DNA from: Gemmatimonadales bacterium
GTDB lineage: Bacteria > Gemmatimonadota > Gemmatimonadetes > Gemmatimonadales > GWC2-71-9
NCBI GenBank assembly: GCA_048499805.1
Contig: JASNZF010000001.1
Coordinates: 303,551 to 367,550 of the forward strand
Reading direction: 5' to 3'
DNA: 64,000 nucleotides
Shown: piece by piece, positions 1-7,862 of the stretch
Numbering within the stretch: position 1 is the stretch's first letter
Layout of the letters: every line of letters begins with the position of its first letter
Made by a program: the position numbers and the translations under genes
The notes under the pieces: generated by a model
Seen by the model: only the letters and a program-made list of their open reading frames with translations
What the model was told of the DNA's origin: nothing
Database searches by the model: none

Positions 1-642
1 GACCGCCTTGCCGGCTGCCGTGCTCCCCGTCAGCGTCACGGCCGCCACGTGGCGGTGCCGGATGACGGTTTTGGTCTGGGGCACGGCAATGAGCAGGGTG
101 CGGAAGAGCCCCTCCGGAAACCCCGCCTCGCGCAGGATCGATTCGATGGCGAGGGCGCACCCCGGGACGTTCGGGGCATGCTTGAGCAGCCCGCCGTTCC
201 CTCCCATGAGGGCGGGTGCGGCAAACCGGAACACCTGCCAGAGCGGGAAGTTCCACGGCATGATCGCCAGGATCACCCCGAGCGGCCGGTAGGCCACGTA
301 GCTCGAGCTGGCGTCGGTCGCGATCGGCTCGGCGGCCAGGAACCCCTCGGCGTGCTCGGCATAGTACTCGCAGACCCAGGCGCACTTCTCCACCTCGCCC
401 CGGCCCTGGGCCAGCGGCTTGCCCATCTCGGCGGCCATCAGCTCCGCCAGCGGGCCTGCCCGTTCCCGGAGGATCCGGGCCGCGGCGCGCATCGGCACGG
501 CCCGCTTGGCCAGGCTGGTCTTGCGCCACTTGCGCTGCGCCCGGTGGGTCTCGGTGATCGCCTGGCGCAGCTGCCTGGCGTCGAGTTCCGGATGGGTGGC
601 GAGGGTGGCCCCGGTAGTGGGGTTGATGGCGATGTGGCTCAT
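1..642 (-). CDS. NAD(P)-dependent aldehyde dehydrogenase, succinate-semialdehyde dehydrogenase-like (3' end runs off the window)
   Basis: Not in the ORF track. Manual translation from ATG 642 gives MSHIAINPTTG...EMGKP...EVEKCAW...ILAIMPWNFPLWQVFRFAAPALMGGNGGLLKHA...TLTGSTAAGKAV, with the ALDH PWNFP, LKHA and TGS motifs. Confidence 0.92.
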   Translation of the reverse strand, partial: MSHIAINPTTGATLATHPELDARQLRQAITETHRAQRKWRKTSLAKRAVPMRAAARILRERAGPLAELMAAEMGKPLAQGRGEVEKCAWVCEYYAEHAEGFLAAEPIATDASSSYVAYRPLGVILAIMPWNFPLWQVFRFAAPALMGGNGGLLKHAPNVPGCALAIESILREAGFPEGLFRTLLIAVPQTKTVIRHRHVAAVTLTGSTAAGKAV

Positions 643-697
643 GCCAGGATCCTTTCGCGATGGGTGGCGGCGCCCCGCCACCGTTGCGCCCGCCCTG

Positions 698-2986
698 TCA
701 GCCGAGTGCGTCTCCGGGAGCATCGGTGGCAAAGCCCACCACGGTCACGGCGAAGACCGGACAGTGCGCCGAGTGGATCACCCGGTCCGTGACGCTGCCG
801 ACCTCCACGTCGATGTCCCTGGGGGCCCCGCGGCCCCGGGTCGCCATGACGATCAGGTCGCAGTTGTCGGCGGCGGCCACGCTGGTGATGGTCCCGACCG
901 GGTTGCTGCCGGTCACCCGGGTCTCGACGCTGAACCCGATGTCCCGCAGCGCGCCGGCAACGGAATCGAGGTAGTGCTCGAGCCGCGGCACCTCGGCCTC
1001 ACCCTCCGGGACGCTGAGCAGGATGATGGTGCTGCCGAAGTGGCGACCCAGGAGCCGGGTCCAGGGCAGGACCTCCTCCGACCCCTCCGAGCCGTCGAGG
1101 CAGACGAGCAGCCGCCGGAAGGCGGTCGTGCGGCTGGTCCACGCCTCGGTGGGCCGGATGACCAGCACCGGCAGTTCGGTCTGGCGGACTACCGCCGTGG
1201 CGATGTTCCGGCCCAGAAGCCGGTCCACGCGCGACCGGTCGTGGGTGGCCATGACGATGACGTCGCTGTCCAGGGCAACGGCGCCCCGCCCGATCTCCTC
1301 GGGGACCCCACCGCGGCGGATCGATGTGTCGGTCGGGATGCCGCTCTGGCGGAGGGTCCAGGACATCCGCTCGAGGTACGATTCGATCGAGGCGCCCGGT
1401 GACTGGTCGGGAACCGGCTCCCTGGTCCCCCGCGCGGAGGTCACCGAAAGCAGGTCGATCTTTCCCCCGGTGGTGCGGGCCAGCAGTTCCGCCACGGGAA
1501 GGGCATGCTCGGCGAGGCCGGAACCATCGAGCGGCACCAGGATCCGGTCCAGGCCGAAGTCGCTCTCGGGGAAGTCGTGTCGCTGGAACGGCAGCAGGTA
1601 CTGGCTCCCGAAGAACCGGCCGAGGTGGTCGGTGAGGGGCTTCGGGGCCCCCAACCTGGCCCGGAACCGGCTGAAGACCACATAGAGGAGGGGGATGAAG
1701 AGGAGGTAGGTCCAGGCCCCCTCGAAGAACCGCTCCTGGAAGATGATCACCGTTGCCGCCGTGGTGAGCAGGGCGGCCACGACGGTGCCCGCCAGGGTCG
1801 CTGCCCCTGCCGCCGAGAAGCCGGAGCGCAGTTCGCGCGAAAGGCGCTTGGCGGCAGCCCAGCCGGTCATGCTGAGCAGGATGAAGACCCCGGCGGCGTA
1901 GATCGCCAGGTAGGTTTCCTCGTGGGTCCCAAAGGCCACGAAGCAGATGGCCACCAGGGCAACCTCGACCCAGACCGGCTTGTCGGCCACGTCGAACCGG
2001 TTGCGCACCCCCAGCCAGGCCGGGATGTAGTGCCGGAACCGCAGTCCCAGCGCCAGGTTCTGGAGTCCCTGGGCGCTCGCCGCCGCGGCCGAAGCCAGCA
2101 CCAGCACGCCGACCAGGGTGCCCACCCAGGGCAGCGGCGCCGGGAGCAGTTGGTCCATCGTCTGGGTGAAGACCGACACGTGGGTGTCGGAGGGGTCCGC
2201 CAGGGCCAGGATCGCGGGGCCCACGATCAGCATCGTGAGGCAGGTCGTCCCCATGATGATGAGCAGGCTGCCGAAGGCCTTGCGGCTCCGCTCGGCGTTG
2301 GTGCCGTCGTAGGCGGCCACGAGATTGGCAAAGATCTCGATGCCGGTCATCAGGGCCAGGATCCGGGCAAAGCCGCCCAGCGTGAAATGGAAGTACTCCG
2401 GTGTGAATGCGCGGAGGTCGATGCTCGGGAGGTGAAAGCCGCGCTTCCAGATCGTCGCGCCGATCATCGTCCACAGCAGCAGCAGCACCGCCAGCGTGGC
2501 GGGGCCGAAGGCCCGTGCCGCGGTACGGGGCCCGCGGTTGACCAGCCACCCGATCCCGATGCTGATGAGGATGGCGAGCAGGGTCCGGTACGGCATCCCG
2601 GCGATGCCGGTGTTGAGGATCGGGGCGCGGTCGGCGATGAAGGTGACCAGGGCCGCGATGCTGACCAGGAAGGTCAGGGTATACTCGACGAAGGTGATGC
2701 CCGCATTGATCTTGACCGCCCAGGCCCCGAATTCCTCCTCGCTCAGTCCGCTGCCCCCGGTTCCGTCCACCACCCAGCGCATCACCAGGCGATACATCGC
2801 CGAGACCATCGCCACCGTGAACACCACCAGCCAGATGCTGGCGCCGAAGGTCACCTCGGCGACCCCGGCGATCACGATCAGCTTGAGGAACGGGCCAAAG
2901 ACGTAGAGGGGGGAGGTGGCCGGGTCGCCGCCGCCGGCGAGGGCGCCCTGGAACGCGTTGGACAGCCGGTGCGAGACATGTGCCAT
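698..2986 (-). CDS. APC-superfamily membrane transporter fused to two C-terminal universal stress protein (USP) domains
   Basis: Start reassigned to MAHVSHRL (ATG 2986). Many hydrophobic helices with APC-like motifs (ALMTGIEIFAN, YAAGVFI), then two USP repeats (ILVPLDGS...DVIVMATH; LLVCLDGS...DLIVMATRGRG). Confidence 0.85.
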   Translation of the reverse strand: MAHVSHRLSNAFQGALAGGGDPATSPLYVFGPFLKLIVIAGVAEVTFGASIWLVVFTVAMVSAMYRLVMRWVVDGTGGSGLSEEEFGAWAVKINAGITFVEYTLTFLVSIAALVTFIADRAPILNTGIAGMPYRTLLAILISIGIGWLVNRGPRTAARAFGPATLAVLLLLWTMIGATIWKRGFHLPSIDLRAFTPEYFHFTLGGFARILALMTGIEIFANLVAAYDGTNAERSRKAFGSLLIIMGTTCLTMLIVGPAILALADPSDTHVSVFTQTMDQLLPAPLPWVGTLVGVLVLASAAAASAQGLQNLALGLRFRHYIPAWLGVRNRFDVADKPVWVEVALVAICFVAFGTHEETYLAIYAAGVFILLSMTGWAAAKRLSRELRSGFSAAGAATLAGTVVAALLTTAATVIIFQERFFEGAWTYLLFIPLLYVVFSRFRARLGAPKPLTDHLGRFFGSQYLLPFQRHDFPESDFGLDRILVPLDGSGLAEHALPVAELLARTTGGKIDLLSVTSARGTREPVPDQSPGASIESYLERMSWTLRQSGIPTDTSIRRGGVPEEIGRGAVALDSDVIVMATHDRSRVDRLLGRNIATAVVRQTELPVLVIRPTEAWTSRTTAFRRLLVCLDGSEGSEEVLPWTRLLGRHFGSTIILLSVPEGEAEVPRLEHYLDSVAGALRDIGFSVETRVTGSNPVGTITSVAAADNCDLIVMATRGRGAPRDIDVEVGSVTDRVIHSAHCPVFAVTVVGFATDAPGDALG

Positions 2987-3153
2987 GCGGGGGTGGGGCC
3001 TCCAGCCGAGAGAAGTGCGGTCCCTGCGGAACCGGCCCCCCTCGGGGGCGGCCGGAGGGAAGATAGTCCGATGCTCTCCGCAGGGAGACCTCGGCCGCAT
3101 GGGCGCGATTCCGGGCGGTGCCTGGGTCGGCCAGGGCGGGTATCTTCGTCTGC

Positions 3154-3549
3154 ATGTCCAATCCACCGATCATTCCGGTCCAGGTGCCCGGCGCGCTTCC
3201 CCCGGCGGGGCACTATTCGCCCGCCATCGTCCACGGAGGCCTGGTGTACGTCTCCGGCCAGCTGCCCATTGACCCGGTTTCGGGGGAGCGGTGCACCGGG
3301 CCGATCGAGGAGCAGGCCGAGCAGGTGGTCCGCAATCTCGAGATGGTGCTCCACGCTGCCGGAAGCGGCCTCGACCGACTCCTCAAGGTCACCATCTACC
3401 TTGCCGACGTGGCGCACTGGGGCGCTGTCAACGCCGTCTATGCCCAGCGGTTGGGGGCCCACCGTCCTGCCCGCGCTGTCGTGCCCACCGGGCCGCTCCA
3501 TCACGGCTTCCTGATCGAGGTGGAGGGCATCGCGGCCACGCGGGGGTGA
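3154..3549 (+). CDS. ridA: RidA/YjgF/YER057c family enamine/imine deaminase
   Basis: GHYSPA, VYVSGQLP, KVTIYL, RPARAVV (conserved Arg) and IEVEGIA motifs. Start reassigned to ATG 3154. Confidence 0.9.
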   Translation: MSNPPIIPVQVPGALPPAGHYSPAIVHGGLVYVSGQLPIDPVSGERCTGPIEEQAEQVVRNLEMVLHAAGSGLDRLLKVTIYLADVAHWGAVNAVYAQRLGAHRPARAVVPTGPLHHGFLIEVEGIAATRG

Positions 3550-3673
3550 AGGCCGGCCTGAGTCGATGCTCACGGCGGGTTCATCGTGCCCTCATCCGCC
3601 CGGGGCATGTTTCAGGGAAACGCGAAGTCCCACCAGTCCCGCAGTCCGAGCATGGACAGGAGGTGCCGTCCCC

Positions 3674-4588
3674 ATGCCACGTCCCCCAAAGGCCTCGTCA
3701 CTCCCGGTCGTGGATCCATCCGGCCTCGACTCCCTCGTGCTTGCCACCGACTTCTCGCCGGGTGCGGAGGCCGCCGTCCGCCGCGCCGCCCTCCTGCCCT
3801 TTGTCGGCAAGGCCAGCATCCACCTGATCCACGTCCTGCCAAGCAAGTTCGACCGGGCCGCCGACTCCCTGGTGCGTGACGTGGCCCAGCAGCACCTCGA
3901 TGAGGCCCGCCAGGCGCTTGAGGCCAGCCTCGTGGCACGGAATCGCAGTGACATCCGGGTCAAGGCGCGCCTCATCCGGGGCGCCGCTCCCGAGGAGATC
4001 GGGCGCCTCTCCGACCAGGTCGAGGCCGACCTCGTGGTGCTCGGCCGCCGAGGGACCCCGGTCCTGCGGGCCCTGCTCCTGGGATCGGTGGCCCAGCGGG
4101 TCGCCCGCCAGGCACGGGTGCCGGTGCTGGTGGTCGCCAAGGCTCCCCGGACGCCGTATCGACGGGTGGTCGTTGGCTTCGATCTGTCCGACGACGCCCT
4201 CCGGGTGGCCAGCCTGGCCGGCCGGCTGGCGCCGGGCGACGCACGGGTCGAGGCCGTCTATGCCTATCGGGAGGTGCTGTCCGGGACCCCGACGCCGGCC
4301 AGTGCCCGGCGCGCGGCCGCGGCCGAGTTGGCGGCCACCCGGGCGAAGATCGAGCGCTCCCTGCATGCCGCGATCGGAGGCAAGGGGGATTGGCCGGTCC
4401 AGATGCTGCGGGGAGACCCGAGGCAGGTCATCCTGGAGGCCGCCGACGAGCAGAAGGCAGACCTGATCGCCATGGGATCGATGGGGCGCACCGGACTGCG
4501 GCGTCAGATGATCGGAAGCGTGGCCGAGGGGGTCCTGCAGCTGGCCAAGGTCGACGTGCTGATCGCGCCTCGCCGCGACAGCAGGTAG
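3674..4588 (+). CDS. Tandem-domain universal stress protein
   Basis: LVLATDFS...DLVVLG...LLLGSVAQRV and VVVGFDLS...DLIAMGSMGRTG...MIGSVAEGV. GGAGG precedes ATG 3674. Confidence 0.9.
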   Translation: MPRPPKASSLPVVDPSGLDSLVLATDFSPGAEAAVRRAALLPFVGKASIHLIHVLPSKFDRAADSLVRDVAQQHLDEARQALEASLVARNRSDIRVKARLIRGAAPEEIGRLSDQVEADLVVLGRRGTPVLRALLLGSVAQRVARQARVPVLVVAKAPRTPYRRVVVGFDLSDDALRVASLAGRLAPGDARVEAVYAYREVLSGTPTPASARRAAAAELAATRAKIERSLHAAIGGKGDWPVQMLRGDPRQVILEAADEQKADLIAMGSMGRTGLRRQMIGSVAEGVLQLAKVDVLIAPRRDSR

Positions 4589-4601
4589 CGGGGAGGGCCG
4601 A

Positions 4602-4641
4602 ACCCCGGCCACCCTCCCCTGCGCGAGGGGGCGGCCGGGGT
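4602..4641. terminator. GC-rich hairpin downstream of the USP gene, possible terminator
   Basis: ACCCCGGCC (4602-4610) pairs with GGCCGGGGT (4633-4641). No clear U-tract. Confidence 0.35.
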
Positions 4642-4735
4642 CGTGAACCACTCCTGCATTCTCCGGGCACCCTACTGGATCGCCCCCCGCACGACGCCGG
4701 GGGCTGGTCGTGCTGCCAGCATCCCATCCGGTCGG

Positions 4736-5125
4736 TCAGGGACGGAAGGTGATGCTGCCGGTGAAGTCTGCGGTCGTGCCGGCGGACGGGTCCACCGCGC
4801 GCACCGGGAGTTCGCCCCGGAGGTCGAGTCGGCGGGACAGCTGCCACTTGAGGCCAAGGGCGCCGTGCAAGGTGTGTTCGGTGCCATCGACGCCGGTGAT
4901 CACCGTGGACCATCCTGCCCCCGCCGCGAGATACGGGCGGACGCGGCCGGAACGGGCCAGGGCCGTGCACAGGCTGGCCACGTCCGCGGCCTCCGCCCAG
5001 TCCACGAGGAGCACGACCACTGGACCACTGCCAGCCCGCAAGTACGTGGTTTCCCGCCCCTCGGCGAGCACCGTTGCCACGATGGCGCCGGGCAGCCCGA
5101 AGACCACGTCGCTGGAGAGTTCCAT
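4736..5125 (-). pseudogene. Short chimeric ORF: alpha/beta-hydrolase-like N-terminus joined to an outer-membrane beta-barrel-like C-terminus
   Basis: GRETTYLRAGSGPVVVLL resembles a hydrolase N-terminal strand, while VRPYLAAGAGW...HGALGLKWQLSRRLDLRGEL...DFTGSITFRP resembles the last strands of a beta-barrel. 129 aa, no signal peptide. Confidence 0.35.
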
Positions 5126-5303
5126 CGTTCCGCCCTGTGGAACGTGCGGCGCCCAAGATGGGTCGCCGGACTTGCCCGTCGCTTCCACTTTCCCCGCCGG
5201 TACTTTCGCGAATGCGAACTTGCCGCCAATTTGACACGTTCCTCCGCGCGGGCACCCCCCGCCGGAGCGACGGTCACTCGTTCCTCCCGGGAAGGACCCT
5301 GCA

Positions 5304-7745
5304 ATGCTTGCCGACCTTCGCTTTGCGCTCCGGAGCCTGGCCAAGGCCAGGGGGTTCACGCTCGCCGTCCTCCTGACCCTGGGCCTCGGGATCGGTGCCA
5401 ATACCGCGATCTTCTCGGTGGTGCGCGGCGTGCTCCTGCGGCCGCTGCCCCACCGCGACGGGGATCGCCTCGTCTACCTGCGGCAATCGGTCGAGGGTCC
5501 CGGCGGCGAGAACGTGCTCTTCTCGGTGCCGGAGATCCTCGACTTCCGCGAGAATGCCAGGAGCCTCGCCGGCATCGCCGAGTACAGCGGGATGGTCTAC
5601 ACCCTCCAGGGGGACGAGGACGCGGTCCGGATGACGGTGGGTCTCGTCACCGGGAACTACTTCCAGGTGATGGGCCTCTCGCCCGTGCTGGGGCGCCTCC
5701 TGACCGACGACGACGATGGCACCGGCGTGCCCCCCGTGATCGTACTGACCCACGAGTACTGGATGAACCGGTTCCACGGCGACAGCGGCGTGGTGGGGCA
5801 GACCATCCGGGTGGACGGCCAGGCGGTCCAGGTGGTCGGGGTGGTGCAGCCGGCGCCGTACTTCCCCACCCGGATGGACGCGCTGATGAACATGGTGATC
5901 AGCGAGCACCATACCAGCGCCCTCATGGTGCATGGCCGGACCCACCGGATGACGGAAATGGTGGCCCGGTTGGCTCCCGGCGCCACGGTGGAGGAGGCCC
6001 GGGCCGAGGTGGCCACGATCCGGAGCCGGGTGCAGGCCGACCATCCCGATGCCTATGACGCGGCCTCCGGCTACAAGGTCACCCTGACCCCGTTCCAGGA
6101 GGTGCTCGGCGAGCAGGCCCGCCTGACCCTCTGGCTCCTCATGGGGGCGGCCGCCTTCGTGCTGGTCATCTCCTGCGCCAACGTCGCTAACCTGACCCTG
6201 ATGCGAGGGGTGCGCCGCGAGCACGAACTGGTGGTGCGGGCGGCGCTCGGCGCCGGGACCGCGCGGCTGCGGCGGCTCCTCCTGGTCGAGAACCTGGTCC
6301 TGGCCACCGGCGGGGCCCTGCTCGGGGTGGTCATGGCGACGGCGGGGCTCAAGCTGCTGATCGCCTTCGCGGCCCGGGTCTCCCCGCGCGCCGGCGAGAT
6401 CCGGCTCGACGGCATGGTGCTGGGTTTCACGATGCTGCTCACCGTGGTGGTGGCCCTGCTGCTTGCCTACGCCCCGCGGCTCGCCCGCGAGGGCAGCCTC
6501 GGCACCTGGATCTCCCAGGGGGTGGCGCGTGCCAGCGGCAGCCTGCGGCGTCAACGGCTGCAGCGCGCGCTGGTGGTCGCCCAGATTGCCGTATCGGTGA
6601 TCCTGCTGACGGCGGCGGGGCTCCTGACCCGGACGATGCAGCGGCTCTCGGAGGTGGACACCGGCCTCACCGCCGACGAAGTGCTGACGATGGAGGTGCC
6701 GATCAGTGGCGGCGGCAGGAGTGACGCCGACACCAAGGCCCTGTATGACCGGATGAAGTACGAGCTGGCCGGCCTCCCGGGGGTGCACACCGTCGGGGTC
6801 GGCTCGGTCATCCCGCTGCGACTGGCTGGGTTCCAGCTGGAGGTGAAGGCCGAGGGTCGCGCCCTCGCGGCGGGGGAGGCGATGCCGCGGGCGGAGTTCC
6901 GGACCGCCAGTCCGGAGTACTTCCGGGCTGCCGGGATTCCGCTGCTGGCGGGGCGCGAGTTCACCTCGACGGACATGGAGGGCTCCGGGCTGGTTGTGAT
7001 CCTCAACGAGACCCTGGCCAAGCGCCTCTTCGGCGACCGGGATCCGATCGGCCAGCGAGTGGCCTGGACCGGCGACGTCCTCCGCTTCATCCCGGTGAGT
7101 GGGGACTGGCGCACGGTGGTGGGCGTCGTCGGCGACACCAAGGATGGCGGGCTCGACGCCGAGGCCCATCCCGCCCTGTTCCAGCCGTTTGCGCAGGAGC
7201 AGGTGTTCTCCGGTGGGCTGGTCATTCGCGCCGACCGCGATGCCGCGGGCCTGGCACCGGCGGCGACCCGGATGGTGCGCAGCATCGCACCCCAGGACCC
7301 GATCGAGAACGTCCTGACCGTCGCCGAGATCAAGGACCAGAGCGTCGCCCCCCGGCGGCTCAACGCCTCGCTCGTGGGGGCCTTCGGGATCCTGGCGGTT
7401 GTCATCGCGGCGGTCGGGATCGCCGGCGTCCTGGCCTTCTCGGTGAGCGCCCGGACCAACGAGATCGGGATCCGGATGAGCCTGGGCGCCGACGCCGGCC
7501 GGGTCCAGCGGATGGTGATCAGCGAGGGCGGCATCCTGCTGGCGCTGGGGCTGGTCCTCGGCGTGGCCGGGGCGCTCCTGGCCACCCGGGTGATCCAGGG
7601 GTTGCTCTTCGGGGTGGCCCCGCACGATCCGGTGACCCTTGGGGCGGTGGCGCTGGTCATGTTGGCGGTCGGCATCGGGGCGTGCTGGCTCCCCGCCCGA
7701 CGAGCCGCCCGGGTGGACCCCGCCGTTGCGATGCGGGGGCAGTAA
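5304..7745 (+). CDS. ADOP-type duplicated MacB/FtsX-like ABC permease
   Basis: MLADLRFALRSL...LGLGIGANTAIFSVV; CANVANL...RREHELVVRAALGA; RTNEIGIRMSLGA; LPARRAARVDP. GGAAGGA precedes the ATG. Confidence 0.93.
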   Translation: MLADLRFALRSLAKARGFTLAVLLTLGLGIGANTAIFSVVRGVLLRPLPHRDGDRLVYLRQSVEGPGGENVLFSVPEILDFRENARSLAGIAEYSGMVYTLQGDEDAVRMTVGLVTGNYFQVMGLSPVLGRLLTDDDDGTGVPPVIVLTHEYWMNRFHGDSGVVGQTIRVDGQAVQVVGVVQPAPYFPTRMDALMNMVISEHHTSALMVHGRTHRMTEMVARLAPGATVEEARAEVATIRSRVQADHPDAYDAASGYKVTLTPFQEVLGEQARLTLWLLMGAAAFVLVISCANVANLTLMRGVRREHELVVRAALGAGTARLRRLLLVENLVLATGGALLGVVMATAGLKLLIAFAARVSPRAGEIRLDGMVLGFTMLLTVVVALLLAYAPRLAREGSLGTWISQGVARASGSLRRQRLQRALVVAQIAVSVILLTAAGLLTRTMQRLSEVDTGLTADEVLTMEVPISGGGRSDADTKALYDRMKYELAGLPGVHTVGVGSVIPLRLAGFQLEVKAEGRALAAGEAMPRAEFRTASPEYFRAAGIPLLAGREFTSTDMEGSGLVVILNETLAKRLFGDRDPIGQRVAWTGDVLRFIPVSGDWRTVVGVVGDTKDGGLDAEAHPALFQPFAQEQVFSGGLVIRADRDAAGLAPAATRMVRSIAPQDPIENVLTVAEIKDQSVAPRRLNASLVGAFGILAVVIAAVGIAGVLAFSVSARTNEIGIRMSLGADAGRVQRMVISEGGILLALGLVLGVAGALLATRVIQGLLFGVAPHDPVTLGAVALVMLAVGIGACWLPARRAARVDPAVAMRGQ

Positions 7746-7862
7746 CCCGGAGCGGGTGCGTTGCCCGGGGATGTGGCCCTCGTTCTGCGCTCGGGGTTGA
7801 CGCCATTCCGACTGCCGCGGAGGCGCTGGTGACGCGACCCGCCACCCTTGGAGGGAAGGATC

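Noticed and set aside
5231-5260. TTGACA upstream of the first ADOP permease as a sigma70 promoter
   Set aside because: No -10-like hexamer at 16-18 nt spacing.
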